Source: Gordius albopunctatus (lineage: Eukaryota). Taken from it: a DNA stretch of 64,000 bases. Made by a program: the position numbers and the translations under genes. Positions within the stretch are counted from its first letter, which is position 1. Every line of letters begins with the position of its first letter. The notes beneath the pieces were generated by a model. It saw only the letters and a list, made by a program, of their open reading frames with translations. It made no database searches and was not told the origin of the DNA. This document shows, in pieces, positions 25,311 through 38,008 of the stretch. The stretch spans positions 5,890,001 to 5,954,000 of the forward strand of contig OZ193910.1 in assembly GCA_964276515.1 (NCBI GenBank), in the 5' to 3' direction.

Positions 25311-28300
25311 TTATTTTTTAGGCGTCTCAGCCGTTGATGCATCGTAGGATGAAGCATAATTTGGGTCGGTCGCGTCAGAATATGCTCCAGACTCAGCTCC
25401 ATATGTTCCAGACTCGGCTCCATAAGTGCCAGATTCTGCGCCATAAGTTCCGTCAGTTCCGTAGGTGCCCTCAGTCCCATAAGCTCCGGACTCTGTACCG
25501 TAAGTGCCTTCAGTTCCATAGGTTCCTGATTCTGTACCGTATGTCCCTTCTGTCCCATATGTTCCTGATTCTGTCCCGTATGTTCCTTCCGTCCCATAAG
25601 TCCCTGATTCGCCTCCGTATGTATCATAAGTTCCGTAATCCCCGTAAGAACTGGCATAATCTGAAGCCTGTGGTTATTATTAATTACAAAAGGATGCATG
25701 TATGTTGATATGGAAATGAATGTTATAAACGATTCCGGTATGTACAATAGTGTTGCAAGCTGGGTTTTGTTTGCTTGACCTTTGGTTTTAGTCACCTAGA
25801 CATAATCAGATCAAATGTCTTTTCGTCAGCTTATTTAGTCCAACTCTAGGCATAGTCAAAATGAGAAAAAACGACCAGAGTCAATCGTTAATCTTAGTTA
25901 AACCAATGGTCGACCAAACAAAGCCCCCCCAGCCGTTTTTGCAACACAAATGTAAAGTAAATTATGAAGAGGAAAATAGTTATAAAAAGATTATTGATAA
26001 TATCCTATATAGTCTTGAGAACCCAGATAGTTATTGGTTCTTTTGTTTCTATTTTTCGCTATTTTCGATTTGATCGTATAAATTATAAGTGATATAGTGA
26101 ACTACACTGTTGTGCTATGATAGGCTTAATTTCGTGATATAGAGAGCAAAAACAAAAACAGCAAGATAAATGGAATAGAGAACTTGTAAAAATATTTATG
26201 CTTTGCATTGCATTATATTATGTTTCGAGGCATGTTGATTCATAGGGCTCTTGTTTCAAATATTTTTTAATTTATAATTATGGGTTTATATGTTTTAACT
26301 TTATCACCTTTAGATCAATGCTCTAAAATTTAATAGATGCCAGAACCATAATTAGAATTATGAGTATTTTTTGTTTTATCAACAATCTTTCTGCAAAAAG
26401 GACATTTATTCTTAAATAGACATTTCAATAAGATGTAGTTAAAATTATCTGGGACTAAAATTTTAATTTCAAAATTAGGAGTAAAGCAATTTATAATATA
26501 TAAATAATCACCTTAGAATAGGTATCTTGGGATTCATCATAATCATAGTAGTCCTAATAAATATAATATATATATAAACAAGTGGTAATTTTAAAATAAT
26601 ATATATATATAATTTTTAAAACATCTGGCAAAACCATTATTTGATTGCATAAAATTTGTCATAATTTGCACAATAAGAAATCAGCATAACCTAATATTTA
26701 ACGTTTTGCAGATATTAACTCTACAGTTCATGAAAATTTGACTTTCGTAAAGAATCTTTTTTAAGGATTTATTTTTGGGATTATTAGAGCCATAAAAAAT
26801 CTAAAGTTTATACATAAATACTTATGCAAATATATAGCATGAGCTCCCTACATTTTTTGCTTATAATGTACACAAGATTTTGGAATAATACAGCGTTTAT
26901 AGATCGGCAACATAACAAATTTTAAAACTGTAAATTTCAAAAACTCTAACAAAGGAAATCATTATGCTTTATTTACTAAACTAAAATGTCTAGAAGCTAC
27001 ATTAAATACTACTGCTCTAACTTTTGAGTATTCATTTTGTTTTATATCCTTTGAATCCAAAAGCGTAGCCAGGATTGGAATTAGAGGGGGGAATAATGAT
27101 TTAGGGAGGGGCAAAATAATAATAATATTTTAAAGTTTTAGCTACAATTATATCACTTTTTAATTTTTGGATTTAGAGGGATAAGCCACCCTTCCGTGCC
27201 ACCTCTTGGCTACGCCCATGTATGAAGCCCATATGCTTTCAAATTTCGCACAAAAATCAAGGTATTCCCTATTATTTTGTGGTCCGTCTCCTAATTTTAG
27301 AGTCACCTGCTTCAAAACCACATCAGAGTAATTTTAAACAAATTCCTGAAGGCTCTTATAGTGTTAAATAAAATTTTTTGGATTGAATAAGTGTATAGAC
27401 AGCGGCGCACAAAAATGATATATATATATAACTAAAATTAAGGAGTAAAAATTAAATAATTGTATACGTCTTTGCCGTATTGGTCACCATAGGCGCTATC
27501 GTAATTGTCATACTCCCCAGAATTCCCATACGTGTAATCATAATCGTAATTATAGCCTTGATCGTAGTCATCCATTTGAGCCTGGACATTCATTTCCACC
27601 GGTTTTGTGGTTTGTAGTGTGTTACTGAAACCGAAAAAACTTTTGCCCTCCTTCTTATCTCCACTACCCGAAGATTTTCCACCCGAGCCGCCCAGCATTA
27701 CCGGTATCTTTATAACTTTAAAAAGTTTAAATAAATGAAAATGTGATATTTCATCATTTCGAAAATTGTTTTAAATACGATTTAATCAACCTTTTTTTTG
27801 CGGATGATAGTAAAAATTTATTAAATGCTATAGATAATTTACTTTGAGTGGGTTTTTGTCCAGTGCTATAGGCATAGCCCATGAACCCAACGATGGATAG
27901 TAAAAAGACTACGACTACTATAACCCCGATCAGAGCTATAAGAGGGCCACTAGAACTATCTGAGGCATCCGCGACCGCTTTATCTACTTCACCAGCTATT
28001 AAAAAATGTTATTATAATTTATTTTTAAATATTAGTATAGTTTTTTTAAATTTATTTATACTCTGATTTCATGTTTGCCAGGCCAAAGGTTTTCATTTTA
28101 TTTGGTCAACTATGTGTAAATGAAGTAAACAAATTGTCTCTATTAAAAAGCTTTGTCTATCAAAGATATTTAGTGTAAAAAATATTATTCATTAAGCGAA
28201 ACTTAATATGTTGCACTAAGAAATCTCAAAACTAATCTACTGATGAACACATGGGGGTAACCATGAATGGATCTAGAGGGAAGCAATAATGATTAATGGA

Positions 28301-31300
28301 GGGGCAAATTAATAATTTTTTGAAATTTTAGCCATAATTATAATAAATTTTGAAATATATTGGAATTTTAGGGACCTAGCCGCCCATCCCAGCAATCCCG
28401 TGGCTACGCCAATGGCTGAATAGGTGAGATTCTAAGGTCTCACACCCCACACAAAATTTACCTTAAATGTTTTCATTATTAATGTAATTATGAATCAGTC
28501 TAAGTAAAGGAGTCAGTTTATCAAATTTAAGGATTCATATATTTATTTTTTAGATAAATTAATTATAGCGGTATTCCGTGTCAAAATTATTTCAATCGGA
28601 GCTAAAAAGCCATATTAAAACTCCAAAATGTAAAACTAACAAAATTTGTAACACTTGACTTGACGAACCATATGGAAGGACTGGTTTAAACTCAAATTAT
28701 GAGCAAGCATAGTCTATTTGAAACTATTAAAATATGTCTCGTCATTTTACCCGCAGGTCCATAATAGCTTCTGATTAGTATTTTGGCGACGCTTTCCTTA
28801 GGTGGTGTCCCCATGTCACTAACTTTCAAAGTTAACTCTTCTTTTACCCCGGGATTCAATGGTTTCTTATCAGAGGTAAATATACCCCCTAGTTCTGGTT
28901 TGTACACAAAAGCAGCCGTGGAGGGATCATAAGTCTTTGCACCTGTTCCTGCTGAAGGTGCCGGGACTAATTCAACTTTAGGTTTTAATGTACTATCATC
29001 TTTGTCCTTAACTATTACATCAACTACTTTGGTTCCTGGGGGCGTCAAGCTGGACAGAGATATTGTCTTGGGCAAGCCTAGAAACTCCTGTGCAGGTTAA
29101 AAACGCGAGTAACCCATTTATACTTTTAAAGTCTTTTTTATTGTTTTTCCCCCTCATTTCAAGTTTTGATATGAGAGATGATTATAATACTAAAGATGTG
29201 TATGCTATTTAAAATACATTAGACAACATTTTTAGTTTCAAAATTGGAAGTGTATTTATAAAAAATGGTGTTTTTTCGATAACTATTTAGTCTTTTTTGC
29301 TCAAAAATAAACGTATAGAGAGAGAGAATTATATAGGGTATAAGCACCAAGACCTCTAAAATACAATTTTAATTTCAGATTTTTACATGAGCATAGCCAG
29401 GATTGGAACTAGAGGGGAGGAATAATGCTTTATTGAAGGGCAAAATTGTAATTTTTTTAAATTTAAGCCATTTTTTTATGAAATTTTAAAGAATTTTTGA
29501 CTTTAGAGGGGGCAGCCGCCCCCCCCCCGCCACCCCCTGGCTACTTCCCATGCACCAAGATCTCTAAATTTATATTAGCTATAAACTTAATATGTAATTC
29601 AATTCACTAAATTTGTTAGTGTGATAGACATACATACCGGAGGGTATTTGTTGCTGGTTACTACTTTGACCAAAAGTCCGAATTGAGAGGTTAGAGGATT
29701 CTTACCCATATCAGATACTTGAACCAATAAGGGGTAAAATTTTTGTTCGTTGGCATTGAGAGGCTTAGCCAAAGTGATTTTCCCTGTGGAGGTGTCAATT
29801 ATGAAACATTTATCTTCCCGCCTTTGTTGGCCACACTCGCCTCCTTTCAAGCTAAAAACCAAACCGGAACCTTCCATGGGATCTGGATCTTTGGCGTCCA
29901 TTTGTGCCACTACGGTCCCTACCTTGGCATCTTCTTGTAAACTTAATAAACAAGTGTATATGAGATATTTAACGAATAGACATTGAAGTTTAAAAAACAA
30001 TACCATGGAGATGAGAATGCTAAGATGGGCGCTAGGAGTAAGCAAAAAGGAACATAAGCGAAATGAAGAAACAAGAAGAATTTTGGGTACTCCATCTATT
30101 ACGACAAAGCTAGAAAGATCTATGTAAATATAGAGACAAATGGAAACGAATTCTGAAAGGACTCACCACCAGCCTAGGTGGCAAACAGTCATAGAAAGAA
30201 GAAGATGATGAACAGGGAAATTAATTGGGCTCAGTTAGATAATCAAAACGCATAACGCTGACTTATGGTTCGCTTATATTAATTGCTATGCAATTTATGG
30301 GCTCGCTTTTCGCTGTCCTCCGTCCGTCCAACGTTCTTAATTGCTGGTTCGATACCCGGAAAGGGCAATTTTTTTTAAATTAAATTAATATATTGTTCTT
30401 GTTAATACCATTGATAATACGACTTTTAGACCGTGTCCTGGCTACTGACCAATGAAAAAATTACCATTGGCCAAAGTGTAAATTGATTTTTTTTTCGTTT
30501 TTTTAATTGCTATATTTAGTTAACATAGATAATTACCTTTTGCCTTCCCCCTACAAGGGCCTATGCCTCTACTGATATGGGTCCCTGTGCCCCCCCCCCT
30601 ACAAATTTATTATATTACCTATACCTAGAAAAAATTTACAATATATTGAATATTCAACAACATGTTACGATTAAAAAAATAGAATGTTTAAAACAAAACA
30701 GTGAGTTAACGATTAAAATTTTACAAAAGAAGGTAAAGTTTAGATAAATTTAATACTTTTCGGTCTTTATTCCATGAAATTCTAAGTTTTAAAAATATTT
30801 TAGGTCCATGATTTGAAGATAAATTAATGGGGTATAACCATCTGTGAACAAATTATAACAATTTGCTGGGAATGTATTAAATTAAGAGATTTTTGCCTTC
30901 ATTTTCAAAAATAAAATAATATGTTCTTAAGGGCGCCTTCGTTTCCTTTTACTTCAACGAATTCTATTAAAGTAGCGACAAAAACGACAAGTTTTTAACT
31001 AGACTAGCAAAATAACATTTAGTTAGCCTCAAGATTATATAATTTTTTGAAATAATATCAGAAGTAGCCAGGGGTGGCAGGGAGGGGGGGGGTGCCCCCC
31101 CCCTTTGAATCTAGAAAACCTTTAGGGCTTAAATTTTAACAAATTATTATTTTGCCCCCCCCCCTTATTTTTTATTGCCCCCCTCTGATTCAAATCCTGG
31201 CTACGTTCTCATTTTAAATCGATCCGAGCTTACCCCAAGAGAAGATCCTGATAAGTCTTAATATGGGATTAAGCATTTTTTACACGATCGAATTTTTGGG

Positions 31301-34300
31301 CCGACAAACTAAATTGACAGCTGAACATTTATTAAAGGAGTAGATGTTGATAGACCTGGCTTTTAGATAGTGGATTTTGGAAGGGGCTGTTTAATTAGTT
31401 TATCCTAAAGACTATATAAATTTGTTATATATTTACTCAAACATTAGAAATGAATATAAACATTCACTTTTTGTAGCCGCCCTAATTTCCCAGATTTCCA
31501 CACCCAAGTTTATAAATTTGCTAAACAAGTGATGTTGTTTTCAATTGCAAAAAACGATTTTTCATATTTCTCTCAAATTTTCTGCTAGAACGCATCACGG
31601 TTTGATAACTAAATTGCCTGCCAAGGCCAGCCAAAACTCTTTAATTACCCAATTCACTAATGCTGTCCGAACAGCCGCGCCCAAAATGACGATTTTAAAT
31701 TTCAAGAATTAATTTTGTCTTATTTTTAGAAATTTTTGATCTACCTAATTAGGTAATCGTTGGTATTTTGTTCAGCCCCTTTTGTGGACTTTGTTGCTTC
31801 AACTTTGCCTGCTGGAGATGTTATTTCCGATTCACCCAACGCCATTCCTATAGGATTTTGCAGCTCACATTGGTCTTTTTCTCCGTTATCGCGTTTTATC
31901 TTGGACATACCAGGTTTGGAGCCTAATTTTAAGGTTGGAGGGTAACGATTGGCCTACAATATTATGACATCGCATATTATATTTGAAATAAATTAATAAA
32001 TTATCACGGGTTTTTTAATATTTTTAAGAAGATATATGGCGTTAATTAGGGTGTACTTCTTGTAAGTTAATTTCGGCACTCCTAAATGGGTTTATTATCA
32101 TCTTCTTACAAATCGTATATCATATAAGAGTATTATAACCTTTACCTAAATATCCTCAATTCATTATGATGCCTCTAACAATTATGTTATACATCAAGCA
32201 AGATAGTGTTGTAAGAACGGTGGGTTTTCGACTAAATATAAAGAGACCTCCTTGGTCTGTTTTTCTTGATCAACCTCTAAGCTTGGCCGGAATATGAAAA
32301 AGAGACCAGAGTTAAGAGTTAGTCTTAATTGAACTCCCAGCCGTTTTTACAACACTACATCAAGATTTGGCGACAGTCAACACCTTTTTCTAACACAAAT
32401 CTTTTAATGTTTTTCGAAAAGGGAAAAAATATGAAACAATTATTTATGCCCAATAAAATACTGATTAAAAAAGGCGATATTACCAAAGTTGTGCCTTTAA
32501 AATAATTAAAAAGTAATCAAATCAAGTTAAATAGGAAGGGACACGACCATAAGTTTTTTCTACAGGGGGTTGTCGGGGGTAAAACTTATATCGAAATCAG
32601 AGTACAAAGTTGTGTTGTAAACGGCTGAATGGATTTTATTTGGGTGACGACCTTTGGTTGTAATTGACCAAACATAAAGAGGCCAAAGGTTCTGTGGTCG
32701 TATATCGATAGACTAATAAAATCATAGACTGCCAACAGCTGATCTTTACTGTTAAAGCCATTCAGACATTATTATAGCTGCCATTTCGAAGGAACATCTC
32801 AACCACGGGTATATTTACACTCCTCAACCATATAATATTAAGAATATAAATAAGACTGTTAGCTTAATTTATAAATTTAAAAAAAAGTAAAATCCAGCGA
32901 TAAATTATGTTAACTTCTATTGTTTGGTTACAATTTCCCACAAAATGGCGGTTTCTATACTTGCTGAAAAATTATCAGCTGTTCGGCAGTCTATGGTTTT
33001 ATTAGTCTACGGGTCTATCTTCTTAGTCACTTAATCAAACTAAAGGTCTTTTAGTCAAACCGTTCGTCTGGTTTTATTCCACTAAGACAGGTCGAGCAAA
33101 CAGAACCCAGCAGTTTTTATCACGCTAGTATAAAGTAAAAATGCTTATCGGCACATAGTTGTTACTTTATTCGCAAGTTTGAACTTAACATCCACTGATG
33201 TTGAATGCAGTGGATATCCGGAATCGATTGCTCTAACCGTCATTTGATAATGAGGTTTTTTGACGTAATTAAGAACGGAAGTAACATAAATTTCCCCGGT
33301 TTCTTCGTTCACTTCGAATTGGCCCTCACCGCCTTTTAAAAAATATCTAACAAAACCCGGTTTTCCATCTTCCATTTGATCCTTGTCAACTGCAGTCACC
33401 TGGTTGGTTTTAAATTCAAAGTTAGTTTTATAGTATCATTTGGTGAGATAATAAATTTGTTTTACACATGGGCGTATCCAGCGGCAGCAGGGAGGGGCGG
33501 CTACCCCTCTCTAAATCAAAAATTCTTTAAAATTTATTAAAATTATGGCTAAAATTTTAATAAATTATTGTTTTGTCTCTCATTAAATCATTATTGATTC
33601 CCCTCTTATTCAATGCTGGCTATGTCCATTGTTGTACATTCAAAAAATTTTAAATTATAAACTAAGGAGTAGATATTCATAAATTGGGCAATGCTTTAAA
33701 ATGTGTATAATTCAATAACTCTTAACTTGTGTGGATTTTTTTTTGAATGCGTTTAATTTTCTTATAATATATATTTGTGATCACTTATATAACCGTTCCG
33801 AAAAAAAATCATCAGAAATTTAGTGTGGTTATTAAATTTATCATTATTACATAGTTTTATAAGGTTAATAATTAATTTATAATAATTTATTTAAAATATA
33901 AATTTTGGCCAAATTTTAGGACTCATAATAAACTTAACTACCTTTAAAACGGATGTTCCTACAGCTACATCACTCGCCAAATCATCTAACGCATAATTCG
34001 GTTTTTCAAACACAGGCGCATTATCATTCGCATCCAATACTTTTACCTTAAAATATTTATCGTAAAATTTTATATAAATTTCTTTCATCTTCACAAAATA
34101 AGTATTTCATAAAAAAATAATAAATGATTATTATTTTAAGTTAAATTTTTTGGAATAAAATAATAAAATTATTATAAATATTTACAACGACGTCACTGGG
34201 AGAAGATTCTTCCCGTGAAGTTTTGACCATAACTTGAAAATTGTAAACTGATTTCGCTTCTCTGTCCAATCCGTTAATGGTGCAAATATCACCGCTCTGT

Positions 34301-35170
34301 TTAATTTCAAAATCGGGCGGCGCGTTTATTAGCTTGTATTTGACGGGGCTTAGGAATGCATCGAAACCGGTGACCTGACCACGTGTATACCACAGTTAAA
34401 AGACTTGCAAAATGTTAAAAATAATTTTAATCCAAGTTTTTCTAGACTTAAACACTAATAAAAAGCCAATTTATTCGCTTAAAATTATAATATGACATAT
34501 TTTCCAAAATTGCTTTGTTTAATATTGGCGTTTGCTTTATTTTTTGTGGTAGTTTGGTGAAAAAATATCATCAGAGAGGTAGAAACCATATGGGTACTAC
34601 AGTTTTTAAGAAGCAATCTTTAAAGTCTTAAAATTTAGTGAATCATACTACTAATAATAATATAATGTTAAAACCTTTTTATAATGTTAAAAGTAAAACC
34701 GCACAATTTGAGGCCTTTTTTTTAATGAAGTATGTTAGAGGAATTCATTATTAAATGAAAAAACACATCCGACTAACAAATCAATAAACTATTTAGCTAA
34801 AATTCGAGCCCAAAATTTTTACACGTTTAATATTAGCAAACTATTTTTAAGATATGATATAAATTTTCACCTCACCTTTAACTCGTTATTCATTGAACTT
34901 AAAAAAACACTTTCATTGCTTCCGAAATTTTCAATGATGATAAATGTTTTTAAATGGAGATATTACATTGTAAAAAATAGCGTCGTTTAAGGTGTAAACC
35001 TGTAGAAAACAAATTTTCTCGTTTTCCAAAACACTGGCGGTGTAAGATTTGAGTCCCAAGATGGGAACCGTGGGCCTGTAAATGGCGCCGGCTATTGGAT
35101 GCTTTAGTGCGATATTACCCGATAAGAAGCAAAGGAATATTAATAGGGATGAAATGCCTTGGTGCCTCAT
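25311..35170 (-). CDS. Cadherin-superfamily type I membrane protein, about 782 aa, 11 exons: signal peptide, 4 EC repeats, TM, Tyr-rich repeat tail
   Basis: Phase-consistent GT-AG exons: 35170-35000, 34374-34186, 34046-33942, 33399-33166, 31953-31745, 29941-29638, 29087-28751, 27995-27843, 27715-27468, 26553-26512, 25667-25311 (2349 nt, ends TAA). Signal peptide MRHQGISSLLIFLCFLSG; cadherin motifs LDRE, DANDNAPVF, AVDKD, AKDPD, VSDMGxP; TM PLIALIGVIVVVVFLLSIVGFMGYAY; AATAAA on the minus strand at 25197-25192. Confidence 0.88.
32204..32360. mobile_element. MITE with TAGTGTTGTAA...TTACAACACTA termini
   Basis: Inverted termini; relatives at about 25748-25948 and 32611-33128, the last with a nested inverted repeat at 32710-33008. 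Confidence 0.6.
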
Positions 35171-38008
35171 TTTATATCACCACATATGCTTTAGAAGATA
35201 GGTTAAATCATTAGTCGTGAACATTATTTAATATATTGAATATACATTAATGACGTGTAAAATTGCAATAATCAAATGCAGCAATCGTAATGTTAAACAA
35301 TGATATAATAGAATTTGTTTCCAATAATGGTGTAATGTCGGATTGATAAAATGAGAGGGTGCAAATGGGTTCAGATATTTCGGTCGTCCAGCAACCATTG
35401 TCGATAATTTGAAAAAAAAGAGAGGTAAGGAGGTAAATTACAAATAAGGAGGTAAATTATGAACGAATGCCGATGTTAAATTAAAAAAGATAAGGGAAAT
35501 TACAAATGAAGGTATATGTAAGGTGTCGACAAGATTTAATTTGTAAACGAAAGGGTAATAAAAACCAGTTGAAATAGGAGGGTGAATAATAGCGAACACT
35601 GGCTGGAACAAGAGAGTTAATACTTATTGAAATAGTGGGGTAAACAACTTTAAGATGAAGGATCGCGAATCAAATAAGAATAACTTTAATTTATATGCCA
35701 TCTAGGAGGACACATTTTAAATTAAAGAGACTAATTTGACTAAATTATCCCTACCTCTTTTACAATGTGACTTGAAAATAAAAACAGATATAATATAACG
35801 TTTGTCGCTAATTCAAAATGTGTCCTCCTAGGTTATAAATTAGAGTTATTCATATTTGATTCGCGATTAACACCCGTCGTATATCGGGCCCTCTTTATCC
35901 CGAACTATTTGCAATCTTTATTTCAACAATATATTATACCATATTTTATACTTTATTAAATCAACAAATATATTATAAATTACATTTTCTCATACCTATA
36001 TATACATCAATAGGTGATGATTAAAAAATAATTCATCATAAAATATTTTTAGTTAGTCCGTCTTTAGTCAACACAAACAAACTGGAAGGTTTACCCACGC
36101 GAGAACATTCCACGTATAGCTGTCCGTGAGAAAAGCATGGTGTGGCAAAATCTAAGCTAAAAATGGACATCGTTTAATCTTGCGCCTTATTGATTGTCAA
36201 TGCGAATTCCAATCTAAATGGGAATTTAATGCGTTTGAGTTCAATCTGCACATCTGTGGGAATCATAGGGATTCGTGGCAGCAGCAACACATGTTAAACT
36301 CGGAACAAGAAAGGCCCCCTGGCCCTTCAAGCAATTTTTTAAAATTTTTGTAATTAAGAAACAATATCATAATTATTTGTTTCTGAATAAAACTTTTAAT
36401 TCTGTACTTAATAATGTCCGAAGAACTGAGATATATCAACATTTATTGGCACTTTGTTAAAAGTATTATCATTTTTCTCCTTATTTAACGCGCAAAAAAT
36501 GATAAAATGAGATTTATTAATTTATTTAGCCACGCAGGAGGAGACACGACCGTCCTATAATAATAATTGACGTGAAAAATAAGCAAAAAATGACTTTGAT
36601 TTAATGTTTCAAATCGTAAAAAGTTTCCATTTTCCGCAGCACATGCATACATTTATCACACTACACTACCTACACGCATGACGGTTTAAAAAATACTATA
36701 AGTGATGATACACTTTTACTAAAGAACTATATATTCAAATTTTTAAAGAACACGATAGATACGCATTACGTCATGAGGTTGCGTTTGATTGACATTTTAT
36801 CAAACGTTAAAACATATAAAACTAAATAACTTGACCGTCTTATCACTACCTAAATCGCTCCAGCCGTTTCGAAAGAGTTAAGGACCAAACACCGTGACAC
36901 GAGAATTTTATATATTAGATAATAAACAATTTTTTAATAAACGAGCTGATGACGGTTATAACAGAGAGCAGAGACTCTTGTCTTAAAATATTCATCTAAA
37001 GGTATTATTTATTTTTGCCAATGATTTCTCAGAGTCCTTAGTTCAAGTATGTTGATGACATGTGCATACAGTTTTTTTGTAATTCGCTGTTTCTTTAATT
37101 TACATCATAATTTAATAAATGTGGAAAATTTTGATAATATTAATTTTTTTTTTAATTTTTATAAGTCGAGACATCTTGAGATTTCTTGTCGAGATAAGAC
37201 AAGACTGAGATTTTTAGGCCGAAACAAGATTGAGATTTTCATAATGACACCTGAAACGATAGGAGATTTTGCTTTTGAAACGGAGACGAGATCAAAACAC
37301 TATAAATATTAGTTATTATCGAAGAGTAAAAGGGGATAATAAGCGTAGGCAAAGGTTTAAGGGAGGGACTAATTATGAACAAAAAACTAAGTTCAAAATC
37401 AAATCGTTTACTAAATTTTTATTATAAAAAGAAAATCAATGAGTTAACGGTAGAATCTCGGTCTCGCCTCGTCTCTTATCAAAATTTTGTATTTTAAATA
37501 GAAAATGTTATTTTTATTAAATAGTTCATGACTTTATTTGTCAATGACATGTCGCACTAAATCTTTTTCAAGTTTGTGTATTAAAGTTTTTCCAAAATTT
37601 ATCACATTGTAATAAATCAAGAAATTTTTTTGTTTATTATAAAAAATTTACAAAAAAGTGGAGAAAATTCGAGAATTCTCGTAAAGACGAGACCAAGATT
37701 TTCCTAGACCGAGACGAGACGAGATCGTGCTGTTGAGATCGAGACGAGATGAAATCGAAACAATAGTTAACGGAGGATAAAATTAGAAAATGGCAATGTG
37801 AAAATATATATTTGGCTCTCGCCATGGGCGTAGCCGAAATTTGATAAAATTTATTAAAATTATCTCTAGAATTTCAAAAAATTATCATTTTGCTCCTCCC
37901 TAAATCATTATTGCTCCCCCCCCCTATTCCAACACTGACAACGCCCATGAATTTTAGTCACTTTACGCCTATCTACTATTAAACACGTGGCTTTGTCAAA
38001 TTCCTCTC

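Noticed and set aside
25193..25795. 200-aa minus ORF and 124-aa plus ORF 25334-25708 over the repeat
   Set aside because: Shadow frames; third-position variation and splice phase support the GTYGTE frame instead.
27701..27870. Apparent frameshift between the cadherin TM exon and the next exon
   Set aside because: Resolved by the acceptor at 27716-27717, which preserves phase 1.
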